A stretch of DNA of 64,000 bases from Planctomycetota bacterium (GTDB lineage Bacteria; Planctomycetota; GCA-002687715; CAIWVZ01), in the NCBI GenBank assembly GCA_044222185.1, contig JBGANV010000001.1:1216001-1280000 (forward strand), read 5' to 3'. The notes below the pieces were generated by a model. That model searched no databases. It had not been told where the DNA came from and saw only the letters and a list, made by a program, of their open reading frames with translations. Below, piece by piece: positions 26,067-35,968 of the stretch. Position 1 is the first letter of the stretch. Every line of letters begins with the position of its first letter. The translations under genes and the position numbers were made by a program.

Positions 26067-28925
26067 ATGTTTCTCATGCGATTCGCGTCCGGTGTGATTG
26101 CATCGGCGGCCGTCCTGATATTGACGTCCGCTTCGCCGGCCCAGCACGGGACGGCACGTGACTACAAAGACTTTGCGAAGGCCCTCTCCGAGAACACCTA
26201 CTTCGACCTCGCCAAGGAGGTCGTGAACGAAGGACTCGGCGCCCTACAGGGCGGGGACGACAAGGCGATCCTCGAATACGCGCTGTGCGAGATCTCGGCC
26301 AATGAGGCCTTTCGCACGCCCAAGCCCGAGGAGCGCCAGAAGAACCTCGAAGGCGCGACCAAGGCCTACGAGGACTACCTCAAGAAGTACCCGAGCAGCC
26401 CGGTCCTTTCCGAGGCGCGCTACCAGATCTCCGAGCTGCTTCGCAGCGCCGGCGAAGCCGTCGCGCGGCAGCTGAAGGACGAGAAGGACGCGACGAAGAA
26501 GGACCAGCTTCGCGAGAAGGGGCTGAACTACTTCACGAAGGCCGAGGCGTTCGCCACGCAGCGCGTGGAAGAGCTGAAGGCGAAGCAGAACAAGTCCGAC
26601 ATCGAGAAGGACGAGTTCAAGGCGCTCCGCTTCGCGATCCCGGTCATCGCCTATTCGAAGGTCACGCTGTACGACGATCGCAACAGCCTCAACGCGCAGG
26701 TCGCGTTGAAGGCGGCCAAGGAAGGGTTCGAGGACTTCGACCTGGAGTACACGGGCGAGCTCCTCTCCTTCGAGGCGCGCCGCTACCTCTTCCTCATCGC
26801 CGTCGACGAGAAGCGGAACGACGAGGCCGAAGAGCTCATCGCCTTCTCGTGCGACCAGCTCGCCGAGGCCGCGCAGAACCAGCCTGAGATCCTTCAGGAC
26901 GAGTCGACGCGCGACGTCATGATCTCCAACTTCCACGACATGGCGCAGTTCCTCACGCAGACGAAGGCGCCGCCCGAAGGCAAGAAGGCCATCGAGCGCG
27001 TCGAGACGCTGCTGAAGGCCATCCCCCGCCTCATCACGATCCGCGAGGGTCGCGAGTGTCTGCTCATCCTCGCCCGCGCCTATGCAGCCGAGGGCCAGGC
27101 GGACAAAGGCAAGAAGCTCGCGGACGACATCTTCAAGGCGGATCCGTCGGGCCCGACGAGCGCTGCCGCGGATGAATTGCGCAAGGGTGGCAAGGGATTC
27201 GCCACGAGCGGTGGCGGTGACCTCTCGACGATCCTCGTCCAGCTCCAGGGATGCGTTGAGCGCAAGGACACCGCGACGGCCGAGAAACTGCTCGGCCAGG
27301 TGTTCGCGCGCGACGTGACCAAGGCGAAGATCGATGACCTCGCCGAGGCGCTCTTCCTCGGAGCGAGCACGTACTTCGAACGCGGCAACTACGTCGACGC
27401 GTCCGTGTGCTTCGGGCTGATCGTCGAGAACTACCCGCAAACGAAGCGCGCTCCCCCGGCCGCGAGCAACGCCGCCATGGCGTACGGCCGCATGGCCGGC
27501 ATCGAGAAGAAGAACGGCTCGGGCTTCGAGTTCTGGAAGAACAAGAACAAGGAAGCCATCGCCGATCTGATCCGCCGCTATCCGCAATCGCCGGAAGCCG
27601 CGGGCGTCACCTTCTTCGCCGCACTCGACGCCGAAGCCGAGGGCAAGTTGCCGGAGGCGATCGACCTCTTCGGCAAGGTCCCGGGCGGCAACGTGAATTA
27701 CCCCGAGGCGCAGTTCCGCATCGGTAAGTGCGCGACCGACATCGCGACACAAGCCGAGAACCGCGATCAGAAGGACGAAGCCAAGAAGCGCTTCACGCAA
27801 GCCGTTTCAGGCTTCGAGAACGCCATCACTTCGTACGCAAAGTCCGCGGCCGACACGCTGAACAAGGCGGACATCGCCAAGGCGCGACGCGGCAAGACGG
27901 ACTCCCAGCTCATGCTGAGCCAGATCTACCTGCGTGACGACTTCAAGCAGGTCGACAAGGCGCTGGGACTCCTCGACAACGCGGAAGCGGACAACAAGGA
28001 CGACAAGAACAAGGTCGCCCAGATCTGGAACTTCCGCGTCCGCGCCTTCGTGAAGCAGGGCCAGGGCACCAAGGCCGCCGACCTCTTCAAGCAGTGGTTG
28101 AAGCAGCAGACCGACGCCGGCGCCGTCGCCCCGACCGCCATCAGCGTCGCAGCGGCCGTCGACAAGGAGGCTGGCGAAAAGGTCAAGGCGAACGACAAGT
28201 CGGCCAACGAGCTGTACCGAACCGCAGCCGAGATGTACACGCTCGCCATCGACTCGGCGGGCAGGGGCGGTACGGCGAAGGTGGATTGGTCGCAGGTCGG
28301 TGGTCGTCTCCTGGCCATCGCCGGGCGTCTGTCGGGCCTCCCCGACGATCTCTCGCTGTCGAACATCGACCCCAACGCGAAGCTCGCGGAACAGGCGATG
28401 ATCGAGAAGGCGAAGAAGGCCTACGACTTCGCCAGCGAGGACAAGACCGGCACCGTCAACGTGGAGCGGCTGAGAAACACGGCCCGTTGCCGCGCGCTCA
28501 CGGGCGACTGGATCGGCGCGATCAGCGCGTTGACCGACATCACGACCAAGCAGCCGCTCTTCATGCAGGACGGGAAGCTCGACGCGGAACGCCTCAAGCA
28601 GAATCCGTCGCTCCCCGCCATCAACCTGGACCTCGCGGTCGCCTACATTCGCGCCGGCAAGTCGGACAAGAGCCAGTACTCGTCGGCTTCCGACATCGCG
28701 AGGAACCTGATCGCCAACTCCGAGCAAGGCAAGAAGATGTACTGGGAGGCCAGGTACCTCTACCTGCTGGCCATGCTCGAATCGGGCAACGTCTCCGAAC
28801 TCGACGGCGCGCTCGACTCGCTCGAGAGAACCAACCCGGAGGCGGACAAGAACGAGTACGGCATCAAGGCGAAGATCGACCAGATCCGCGCCATCCGGAA
28901 CAAGAAAGCAGTCATCACGAAGTAG
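26067..28925 (+). CDS. Large exported TPR/alpha-solenoid protein
   Basis: Signal peptide; TPR-like units ('YEDYLKKYPSSP..EARY', 'IVENYPQTKRAP', 'LIRRYPQSPEA'). Confidence 0.8.
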   Translation: MFLMRFASGVIASAAVLILTSASPAQHGTARDYKDFAKALSENTYFDLAKEVVNEGLGALQGGDDKAILEYALCEISANEAFRTPKPEERQKNLEGATKAYEDYLKKYPSSPVLSEARYQISELLRSAGEAVARQLKDEKDATKKDQLREKGLNYFTKAEAFATQRVEELKAKQNKSDIEKDEFKALRFAIPVIAYSKVTLYDDRNSLNAQVALKAAKEGFEDFDLEYTGELLSFEARRYLFLIAVDEKRNDEAEELIAFSCDQLAEAAQNQPEILQDESTRDVMISNFHDMAQFLTQTKAPPEGKKAIERVETLLKAIPRLITIREGRECLLILARAYAAEGQADKGKKLADDIFKADPSGPTSAAADELRKGGKGFATSGGGDLSTILVQLQGCVERKDTATAEKLLGQVFARDVTKAKIDDLAEALFLGASTYFERGNYVDASVCFGLIVENYPQTKRAPPAASNAAMAYGRMAGIEKKNGSGFEFWKNKNKEAIADLIRRYPQSPEAAGVTFFAALDAEAEGKLPEAIDLFGKVPGGNVNYPEAQFRIGKCATDIATQAENRDQKDEAKKRFTQAVSGFENAITSYAKSAADTLNKADIAKARRGKTDSQLMLSQIYLRDDFKQVDKALGLLDNAEADNKDDKNKVAQIWNFRVRAFVKQGQGTKAADLFKQWLKQQTDAGAVAPTAISVAAAVDKEAGEKVKANDKSANELYRTAAEMYTLAIDSAGRGGTAKVDWSQVGGRLLAIAGRLSGLPDDLSLSNIDPNAKLAEQAMIEKAKKAYDFASEDKTGTVNVERLRNTARCRALTGDWIGAISALTDITTKQPLFMQDGKLDAERLKQNPSLPAINLDLAVAYIRAGKSDKSQYSSASDIARNLIANSEQGKKMYWEARYLYLLAMLESGNVSELDGALDSLERTNPEADKNEYGIKAKIDQIRAIRNKKAVITK

Positions 28926-28967
28926 GCAGGTCGCTGAACACGACCTCCAGCACGAGGAATCAGAACG

Positions 28968-30086
28968 ATGAACGTTCGTGGCTTCAATCAACTCATGATC
29001 GCGATGGCGCTCGTGACGCTCTCGAGCCGGGTATTCGCTCAGAACGACACGATCACCCTCAAGGACAACTCGACGAAACAGGGCACCGTCCAGGAATGGG
29101 ACTACCGCGGCGTGAAGGTCGCGGTCGGCGGATCCGGGACGACGACGATCAAGGCCGATGACGTGCTCGGCGTCGAATTCGCGGCAGCCCCGAAGGACTT
29201 CAAGGAAGGCAAGGACGACCTCGCCGGCGGGAAGTTCGACGAGGCGGTCGCCAAGTTCCAGGCACTCATCGACAACGCGAAGGCCCGTGCGGCGATCCGT
29301 CAGGAGTCGCACTGGTACAAGGCGCAGGCCTTGAAGGGCTCTGGCAAGAACGACGAGAGCGTGGCCGCAATGAAGGCCATGATCGCCGACGGTCAGTTCC
29401 CGTCGTCGCACTACCTGGAGCAGATCCACGACCTCGTCCCCACCATGCTGGCGCAGGCTGGCAAAGGTGCGGAGGCCATCACCTTCATCGAGGGTGAGGA
29501 GTCCCGGATCAACAAGCTTCCCGAATCGGGCGGGCTGCTCGAGGGCCTGAAGCTCGGCCGCGCGCGCGCCTACCTCGCATCGAACGACCTGGCGAAGGCC
29601 AAGTCCGAGGCAACTGCGCTCGCTGCGACGACTGGGGCCCGCGCCTCGGAGGCCAAGGTCATGCTCGGCACCATCGCGCTGGCCGAGAAGAACCCGACCG
29701 AGGCCGAGAAGCTCTTCCGCGACGCCCTGAAGGTCGTGACCCGCTCCCGCGAGCGGGCTGCCTGCTACAACGGCCTCGGCGCCGTTCTCCAGCAGCGCGG
29801 CAAGGAGACGAGCAAGCCCGACCTCCTCCGCGAGGCCCTCCTCAACTACCTCCGCACGGCCCTGATGTTCGCGCCCGCCCCCGGAGAACCGACTGGCGAG
29901 CACGAGAACGGGCTCTACAATGCCGCCAACTGCTTCCAACTGCTGGGGGACGTGTCGAGCGACAAGGACGTACAGAAGCGCAACTACGGTCGAGCGGTCG
30001 AGATGTACCGCCGTTTCGTCGCAGAGTATCCGCAGTCCCCACTCAAGGCCGACGCGCAGTCGCGCCTCTCCAAGCTCGGCGGTTGA
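28968..30086 (+). CDS. Exported TPR protein with a small N-terminal beta domain
   Basis: Signal peptide ending 'VFAQ', 'DTITLKDNSTKQGTV', TPR repeats, 'FVAEYPQSP..ADAQSRL'. Confidence 0.8.
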   Translation: MNVRGFNQLMIAMALVTLSSRVFAQNDTITLKDNSTKQGTVQEWDYRGVKVAVGGSGTTTIKADDVLGVEFAAAPKDFKEGKDDLAGGKFDEAVAKFQALIDNAKARAAIRQESHWYKAQALKGSGKNDESVAAMKAMIADGQFPSSHYLEQIHDLVPTMLAQAGKGAEAITFIEGEESRINKLPESGGLLEGLKLGRARAYLASNDLAKAKSEATALAATTGARASEAKVMLGTIALAEKNPTEAEKLFRDALKVVTRSRERAACYNGLGAVLQQRGKETSKPDLLREALLNYLRTALMFAPAPGEPTGEHENGLYNAANCFQLLGDVSSDKDVQKRNYGRAVEMYRRFVAEYPQSPLKADAQSRLSKLGG

Positions 30087-30136
30087 TCGAGCGAACACCC
30101 ATACAGGAACTCTCATTCTCAGGAGCAACCGGAACC

Positions 30137-30853
30137 ATGAAGCACCGATTCGCGATGATGTGTCTCGTCACTGTGCTGTTCGCCGGAGCCGTCGCGGCCC
30201 CGGCACTCGCCGCTGAGGAAGCGACCGGCAAGCACAAGAGCGTCCTCGAACTGTTCGAGACCACTGGCTGGGTCGGTTGGTTGATGGTCGCCACGTCCAT
30301 CATCGGCACCGTGCTCTGCATCCAGAACGTCGTCGAGATCCGGATGGACAAGCTCGCTCCGCCGGACCTGACGAAGGAGATCGAAGACGCCATCAACGAG
30401 GGCGACCTCGATCGCGCGCTCGACGTCGCCATGTCGAGCCGTTGCTACTTCGGCCAGATCATGGGCGGCGGGCTCATGCTGAAGGAAGCCGGCTACGAGC
30501 AGATGGTGAACGGCATGGAGCAGGTGGCCGCCGAAGAGGCGTTCAAGCTCAACGCCAAGATCTCCAACCTCTCCCTCATCGGAAACGTCGCCCCGCTGCT
30601 CGGACTCCTCGGAACGGTGACGGGAATGATCTCGTCGTTCCAGGTCATCGCGCAGAAGGCCGCCCCGACGCCTGCCGACCTCGCGTCGGGCGTGTACGAG
30701 TCGCTCGTCAACACGACCATGGGTCTGTTTCTCGCCATCGTCTTCCTCACGCTGTTCTTCTTCATGAACAACCGCGTCAAGAAGATGTCGCTGAACTGCA
30801 ACCTGATGGCCGTCGAAATGCTCAAGAACACGGGCCTTCACAAGCACGCCTGA
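30137..30853 (+). CDS. exbB: MotA/TolQ/ExbB proton-channel protein
   Basis: 'IGNVAPLLGLLGTVTGMISSF', 'LASGVYESLVNTTMGL'. Confidence 0.92.
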   Translation: MKHRFAMMCLVTVLFAGAVAAPALAAEEATGKHKSVLELFETTGWVGWLMVATSIIGTVLCIQNVVEIRMDKLAPPDLTKEIEDAINEGDLDRALDVAMSSRCYFGQIMGGGLMLKEAGYEQMVNGMEQVAAEEAFKLNAKISNLSLIGNVAPLLGLLGTVTGMISSFQVIAQKAAPTPADLASGVYESLVNTTMGLFLAIVFLTLFFFMNNRVKKMSLNCNLMAVEMLKNTGLHKHA

Positions 30854-30874
30854 TCGCAGGCGTGGGAGCCATCC

Positions 30875-31441
30875 ATGGCGTTTCATGACATCGAAGTCGA
30901 GCAGGACGTGGCGCCGAACCTGGTGCCGATGGTCGACATCATGTTCCTGCTGCTCCTCTTCTTCATGCTCAACGCTGACATGAGTCAGCGTGAGCTGGAG
31001 GAGATCGTTCCGCCCGTCGCGAAGGCCGCTCAGGAGGACAAGCCGAATGCGGGTGACACCTTCCGCATCACGGTCAACATCCACCATCTGAGCGAGGCCC
31101 AGGGGTCAACCTGCGCGATCCACAAGATCGGGCAGGTCTGCCGCGACGACGGTCACTGGCGCATCGCGGTTTCCGGTCGCTCCTACGAGTTCAACGCGGA
31201 AGGCCAGAAGCGGCTCGTTCAGCACCTGACCGAGCTCGCTCGCAAGGGCAAGACGAACCCGAACGACCCGAACTCGATCTCGGAGACCAAGATGCTGGTG
31301 CGTGCCGACCGGTTGGCCCCCTACGGGTACATCCAGAAGGCGATGGAGGCTGCGGCATTCGCCAAGCTCTACAAGATCGAAGTCGGGGCGGGAATCCCGA
31401 AAGAGGTCTTGAACGAGCGTGCCGCCGCGCAGCCGAAGTGA
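30875..31441 (+). CDS. exbD: ExbD/TolR protein 1
   Basis: 'NLVPMVDIMFLLLLFFM' (conserved Asp), 'VRADRLAPYG'. Confidence 0.9.
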   Translation: MAFHDIEVEQDVAPNLVPMVDIMFLLLLFFMLNADMSQRELEEIVPPVAKAAQEDKPNAGDTFRITVNIHHLSEAQGSTCAIHKIGQVCRDDGHWRIAVSGRSYEFNAEGQKRLVQHLTELARKGKTNPNDPNSISETKMLVRADRLAPYGYIQKAMEAAAFAKLYKIEVGAGIPKEVLNERAAAQPK

Positions 31442-31447
31442 CGCCGA

Positions 31448-31475
31448 CGGGCGCGGGGTTCGAGCCCCGTGCCCG
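31448..31475 (+). other. Intercistronic GC-rich hairpin
   Basis: CGGGCGCGGGG-ttcgag-CCCCGTGCCCG, 11-bp stem, no U tract. Confidence 0.6.
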
Positions 31476-31646
31476 CGCGACCCGTGGTGACGAATCGAGC
31501 CACTTGACGCGTTCCGGCGCGTCGACAGTGGTGACACAAACAACCTGCTGCATGAGGACTGCGGCCCCCGGGGCCAGGCCGTGAGTCCAACACGGGATCA
31601 CCCGCGCGAGCGGGCGAAACCGTGACAACTGTCGAGGAGACGTGAC

Positions 31647-32117
31647 ATGGCTGGTTCTACCGGCAAAGACAATCCGGTCGGCATCAACGTGACGCCGCTC
31701 GTGGACATCATCTTCTGCCTGTGCCTCTTCTTCATGTGCTCGCTCAAGTTCAAGCCACTTGACGGCAAGATGGACTCCTGGCTGCCGAAGGACAAAGGTC
31801 CCGGCCCGGCAACCGCGAACCCGACGCTCGACGAGATCCGCGTGGTGTTGTCGTTCAGCTCGGAGAAGAACCAGCTCGAGCGGTTCTTCGGACAGCGCCC
31901 GATCGAGAGCGGCGAGAAGGGTGACGCCCTCCTCGCCAAGCTGATCAAGGACCAGTACACCTCGTACCAGTCCCTCGGGAAAACGGACATCCCGGTGATC
32001 ATCGACTCCGGCCCCAAGGTGCCATGGCAGTACGTCATCGACGTGATGAACATGTGCCAGGAGCAACGGATCAACAAGATCGAGTTCGCGTTCGGCACCC
32101 AGCACAAAGGTGGGTAG
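31647..32117 (+). CDS. exbD: ExbD/TolR protein 2
   Basis: 'INVTPLVDIIFCLCLFFM', 'VIIDSGPKVPWQYVIDVMN'. SD GAGGAG. Confidence 0.9.
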   Translation: MAGSTGKDNPVGINVTPLVDIIFCLCLFFMCSLKFKPLDGKMDSWLPKDKGPGPATANPTLDEIRVVLSFSSEKNQLERFFGQRPIESGEKGDALLAKLIKDQYTSYQSLGKTDIPVIIDSGPKVPWQYVIDVMNMCQEQRINKIEFAFGTQHKGG

Positions 32118-32141
32118 GACGCGAAGGACCTGACGCGTCCC

Positions 32142-33023
32142 ATGCCCTACATGCGCGCGAGGCTCCGCCACCCGCTCTACCGTCCAATGGGGACGGAGCC
32201 GCCCAAACCCTTTCTGAAGACTCCTGAAGGCAAGCGCATCACCATCTTCGGGTTTGGATTCGCCGCGCTGATCGCAACGCTCCTGAGCGGCGTGAAACAC
32301 CCGTCGGCTCAGGAGACACGGCAAACCGACTCGCAGCCGACGTCGCGTCCCGTGACGGTGCTCGCGCATCCCCCCGCGACGTTCATCCCGGCCTCGGTGC
32401 TTCACGTCATCCGGGCCGTCCAGGACGAGACCGAAGAACCGTCCGAGGCGGCGCGGGCCGCGGTGCTGAAGTGGCTCTACCCCACCGCGGGGCCCGAGTC
32501 CGGGCCCACGGAGCTCCCACCAACTCTGAATCCGACGGAACTGGCGATCGACGAGGCCCGTGCGTTTCCGGACGCGTTCCGCGGCGGTCACGTGCGTACG
32601 CGCGGCCAGGTCATTCGGGTGCGAACCTACGACTCGGACCGCGTCCCCGGCGAGCGGATCTATCGCGGATACCTCGTCCAGGACCCGCGCGCGGCCGGCG
32701 TGATGTTCGACACGATCAACCCGCTTCCGGGTGACAAGTTCGAGAAGCTCGACCCCATCGAGATCGAGGGCGTATTCGTCCAGAACATTCGCTACGAAGC
32801 GGTGAACGGCAAGTTCCAAACGGTCCCCTACATCGTCGCCACGTCGATGAGGGTCGCGCGGCCTGAGACGCCGCACAGTTTGTGGCAGAACCCACTCGTG
32901 CTCCTCATGATGGTTGCCATCGTCCTGTTCGGATTGGCAGCCTGGCTCATAATCCAGCGAAGACTCCGAAGGGACATCCCGCCGCCGGGCTTCCGCGCGC
33001 GTCGTCCCGGTCCCGGGAGATGA
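32142..33023 (+). CDS. Hypothetical two-TM protein with a periplasmic OB-fold-like domain
   Basis: TMs at both ends; 'FRGGHVRTRGQV', 'DPIEIEGVF'. Confidence 0.7.
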   Translation: MPYMRARLRHPLYRPMGTEPPKPFLKTPEGKRITIFGFGFAALIATLLSGVKHPSAQETRQTDSQPTSRPVTVLAHPPATFIPASVLHVIRAVQDETEEPSEAARAAVLKWLYPTAGPESGPTELPPTLNPTELAIDEARAFPDAFRGGHVRTRGQVIRVRTYDSDRVPGERIYRGYLVQDPRAAGVMFDTINPLPGDKFEKLDPIEIEGVFVQNIRYEAVNGKFQTVPYIVATSMRVARPETPHSLWQNPLVLLMMVAIVLFGLAAWLIIQRRLRRDIPPPGFRARRPGPGR

Positions 33024-34606
33024 AAGACATCATGCAAACGTGCAACCTTTGTGGCTCAGCGATTTCCCCCGAGATTGGACCGCCGGTTCTTGCGCAGCAA
33101 GGACAGGTCGTCTGCCAACCCTGCTGGAAGAAGTCCGGCGCCGCGGCCCCGGCCGCACAGCGGCGCCCCGTGACGGCCTCGCGCACCGCCGCCGTCACCG
33201 GGTCGGCGCGTCCGGCGACCGGTTCGTCGCGCCGGACCGGCGCAACGCCAGCTCCGTCGGCAGCACGCGCGGGCCGCACCACCGGTTCCTCGCGGACCGC
33301 GGCGCCCGCACCCCGCGCGGCCGAGGCCGCGGAGGAAGGCGGCGAAACGAACGTCGCGCGTCACATGACGACGCGGTCACAGGAGATCATCCAGGTCGGC
33401 TCGACCGGCCTCGGCCGTCACGCCCAGAAGATCGTGATGATCGTCATGGGCGTCCTCGTGATCGCGGCCGGCATCCTGTTCATGGTGAACAAGAACAAGA
33501 AGGCCGCCGAGGCGGAGGAAACCGCTCGCATCCTGAAGGAAGCCGATGACGGCATCTCTGCGATCGTGACGGCGGTCCAGAAGTACCCCGAGGACTTCAA
33601 GCGTCAGCTCGAAGTGGTCTCGAGCGTCCGCGACGCCGTGAACAAGCTCCAGGACGCCGATCACAAGGGCAAGCTGATCAACCTGGAGAACGAGATCCGC
33701 ACGAAGCAGACCGCGGCCAAGACGTCACAGGAGGCCATGGACCTCCTGACCTCGGCGGAAGCGGACGTGCAGGATCCGAACAAGCTCGACTCGGTCAAGG
33801 CCAAGATGAACTCGCTCGAGATCCGCGCCAACACCATGGGCAAGGAGTACGGCGAGCGCGTGAAGAAGATCAAAGAGGCCTACAGCCTCATGAGCGTGAA
33901 GAAGTTCGCCGACACTGCCCGTGCCACGAAGGACGGGGACATCTCGAGCGCGCTCAACGCCTACGACACCGCGATCCGTTCGATCTACGACCTCGTCGAG
34001 AAGCTGCCGAAGCCGCCGCCCGAGATGATCGAGATCTTCAAGGCTGTCCTCGGAGAGTCCGACGCCCTCGTCGAGAAGCTCGTGACGCCTGAGTACGAGG
34101 CGAAGATCCCCGAGCGCGACCTCCTCTCCCCCAAGGAGAAGTCCGTTTGGGGCAACAGCGATGGCATCAAGTGGGAGTTGAAGGGCAAGGAGATGGTGGT
34201 CGAAGGCGTCGAAGTCCCCGGCCGAAAGATCGTCGGCGTGTTCTCCGCGATCCCGCCCGTGGCGGAGATGTGGCAGGACATCATCCTGGACGTCGAGTTC
34301 ACGATCACCGCCGGCGACAGCTTCACGTCGATGTACCGGTACCTGCCTGGAAAGAAGGCCTATGAACTGGGGTACAAGGTCGACCCGAACACGGGCTTCC
34401 AACTGAACAAGAACTACCACCAGATCATCCGCGTCGTCGGAAGCTCGTTCACCCAGAAGGAGTCGGGCAATCCGGATCAGTCCGACAAGCTCGGGTTCTC
34501 CGTCAGCCGCACGGGCGGGATCGGCTTCGCACTGAAGCCCGGCACCAAGATGGTCTTCTCGACCTTCAAGGTGAAGGTCCTCCGCACGACGGCCGGAGTG
34601 AAGTGA
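33020..34606 (+). CDS. Zn-finger / low-complexity linker / TM / periplasmic helical plus beta-sandwich protein
   Basis: 'CNLC..CQPC', R/T/S/A-rich linker, TM 'IVMIVMGVLVIAAGILFMV'. ATGA overlap with the previous gene. Confidence 0.75.
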   Translation: MKDIMQTCNLCGSAISPEIGPPVLAQQGQVVCQPCWKKSGAAAPAAQRRPVTASRTAAVTGSARPATGSSRRTGATPAPSAARAGRTTGSSRTAAPAPRAAEAAEEGGETNVARHMTTRSQEIIQVGSTGLGRHAQKIVMIVMGVLVIAAGILFMVNKNKKAAEAEETARILKEADDGISAIVTAVQKYPEDFKRQLEVVSSVRDAVNKLQDADHKGKLINLENEIRTKQTAAKTSQEAMDLLTSAEADVQDPNKLDSVKAKMNSLEIRANTMGKEYGERVKKIKEAYSLMSVKKFADTARATKDGDISSALNAYDTAIRSIYDLVEKLPKPPPEMIEIFKAVLGESDALVEKLVTPEYEAKIPERDLLSPKEKSVWGNSDGIKWELKGKEMVVEGVEVPGRKIVGVFSAIPPVAEMWQDIILDVEFTITAGDSFTSMYRYLPGKKAYELGYKVDPNTGFQLNKNYHQIIRVVGSSFTQKESGNPDQSDKLGFSVSRTGGIGFALKPGTKMVFSTFKVKVLRTTAGVK

Positions 34607-34607
34607 G

Positions 34608-35639
34608 ATGCCGGCAGCTGCACCCTCGAAAGTCACGCCCGTCCAGTGGATGGTCGTCTGCGGAGTCGGCGTCCTGGTGCTCGTCGGCGGAGGATGGGTC
34701 ACCTACAAGATGATCATCGATCCGCCGCCGAAGATCGTCGAGAAGCCCTTCGTTCCGCCGGACCTGAAGATCAAGCGAAACCTCGCGCCCGAGAGCCAGG
34801 TGGCGCTCGCTCCGAAGCCGAAGCGGCTCTTCTATCAGTTCTTCGAGGCCGTGGGCGCCAACGATCGCAAGACGGTCGTGAAGTGCTGCGAGATCACCGA
34901 GGACAAGATCGACCTCATCCTCACGGAGGAGCGAGTCGCGATCATGAAGCTCGCTCGCGAGGGCCAGAAGTTCGCGATCGAGAAGGAAGAGATCAAGGAC
35001 GACACGGCGACCTACCAGGTCATGTTCCAGAACGTCAAAGGTCTGGACGTGATGGAGCTCCTGCTCACCATGAAGAAGAAGGGTGGGCCGGAGGACTGGC
35101 AGATCACGGACTTCCAGGACAAGTGGATGGCGGCCTCGGGGCACGTCGCCGAGAACAAGTTCGTCGCACTCGGCGCCGATCGAAAGTTCGCCATCGCGCC
35201 CAAGGTCGAGCGTGACTCGTTCAAGAAGATCCCCGAGGGTGAGCCGACCACCCTCGACTGGTTCCCGGAGACGACGGACGCCCAGAAGTCCGACATCGAG
35301 AAGCACCTGAAGGCGCTCGAGGACGAGAACAACCCCGCTCGCGCGACGGCCGCGTCCCAAGCGCTCATCCAGATGGGCAAGCTCCCGATCCCCCGCCTCT
35401 TGACCGAGCTCGGCAAGCTCGACCCCAAGAAGGAAGACGACAACAAGCGCGCCAACACGATCGACCGGACGCTCGCGGCCCTCACCGACCAGGAGATGGG
35501 ATACAACGTCAGCGAGATGAGCGAGCTCATCCCGCCGCTCGAAGCGCGCCGTCGCGCGATCCGTCGCTGGTTCGGTTGGTGGAAGCTCCACTCCGCCGAT
35601 CCGCTGCCCAAGCGCAACGCGCCCGCTGACGAGAAGTAG
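34608..35639 (+). CDS. Membrane-anchored hypothetical protein (NTF2-like plus HEAT-like)
   Basis: N-terminal TM; 'FFEAVGANDRK..EEIKDDTATYQV..MKKK..DWQIT'; helical C-terminus. Starts 1 nt after the upstream stop. Confidence 0.7.
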   Translation: MPAAAPSKVTPVQWMVVCGVGVLVLVGGGWVTYKMIIDPPPKIVEKPFVPPDLKIKRNLAPESQVALAPKPKRLFYQFFEAVGANDRKTVVKCCEITEDKIDLILTEERVAIMKLAREGQKFAIEKEEIKDDTATYQVMFQNVKGLDVMELLLTMKKKGGPEDWQITDFQDKWMAASGHVAENKFVALGADRKFAIAPKVERDSFKKIPEGEPTTLDWFPETTDAQKSDIEKHLKALEDENNPARATAASQALIQMGKLPIPRLLTELGKLDPKKEDDNKRANTIDRTLAALTDQEMGYNVSEMSELIPPLEARRRAIRRWFGWWKLHSADPLPKRNAPADEK

Positions 35640-35952
35640 TTGCAGGAACGGCGAGGGCCGGTGCCGCTCGGCGCCGGCCCACTCGCGGCGCCCCCTGCCC
35701 TGGAGCCGGTCTTCGGGCGCGACGGCGCACGGCGTCCTGCGCACCGGACTCGCGCGCCACACCCCCCTGCCGTGTGCCCGTCCTCGCGGGAAGGAATGGC
35801 GCCCGCCGTGCGATTCCACGCGTCCCGGCGTTCGGATCGGCACGATTGCCGGCGCTTCACGTGGCGTACGAAGCCATCCGCCCCTGATGCTCCCGCTGCT
35901 TTCCCCGTGAATTCGCGGCGGCGACGCCGGTTGGCCTCATTCATCCATTTCG

Positions 35953-35968
35953 CGGCACGGGCATTGCA
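35953..35968 (+). promoter_or_regulatory. sigma54 (-24/-12) promoter
   Basis: CGGCACGGGCATTGCA has GG-N10-GC spacing and closely matches TGGCACG-N4-TTGCW. Confidence 0.65.
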
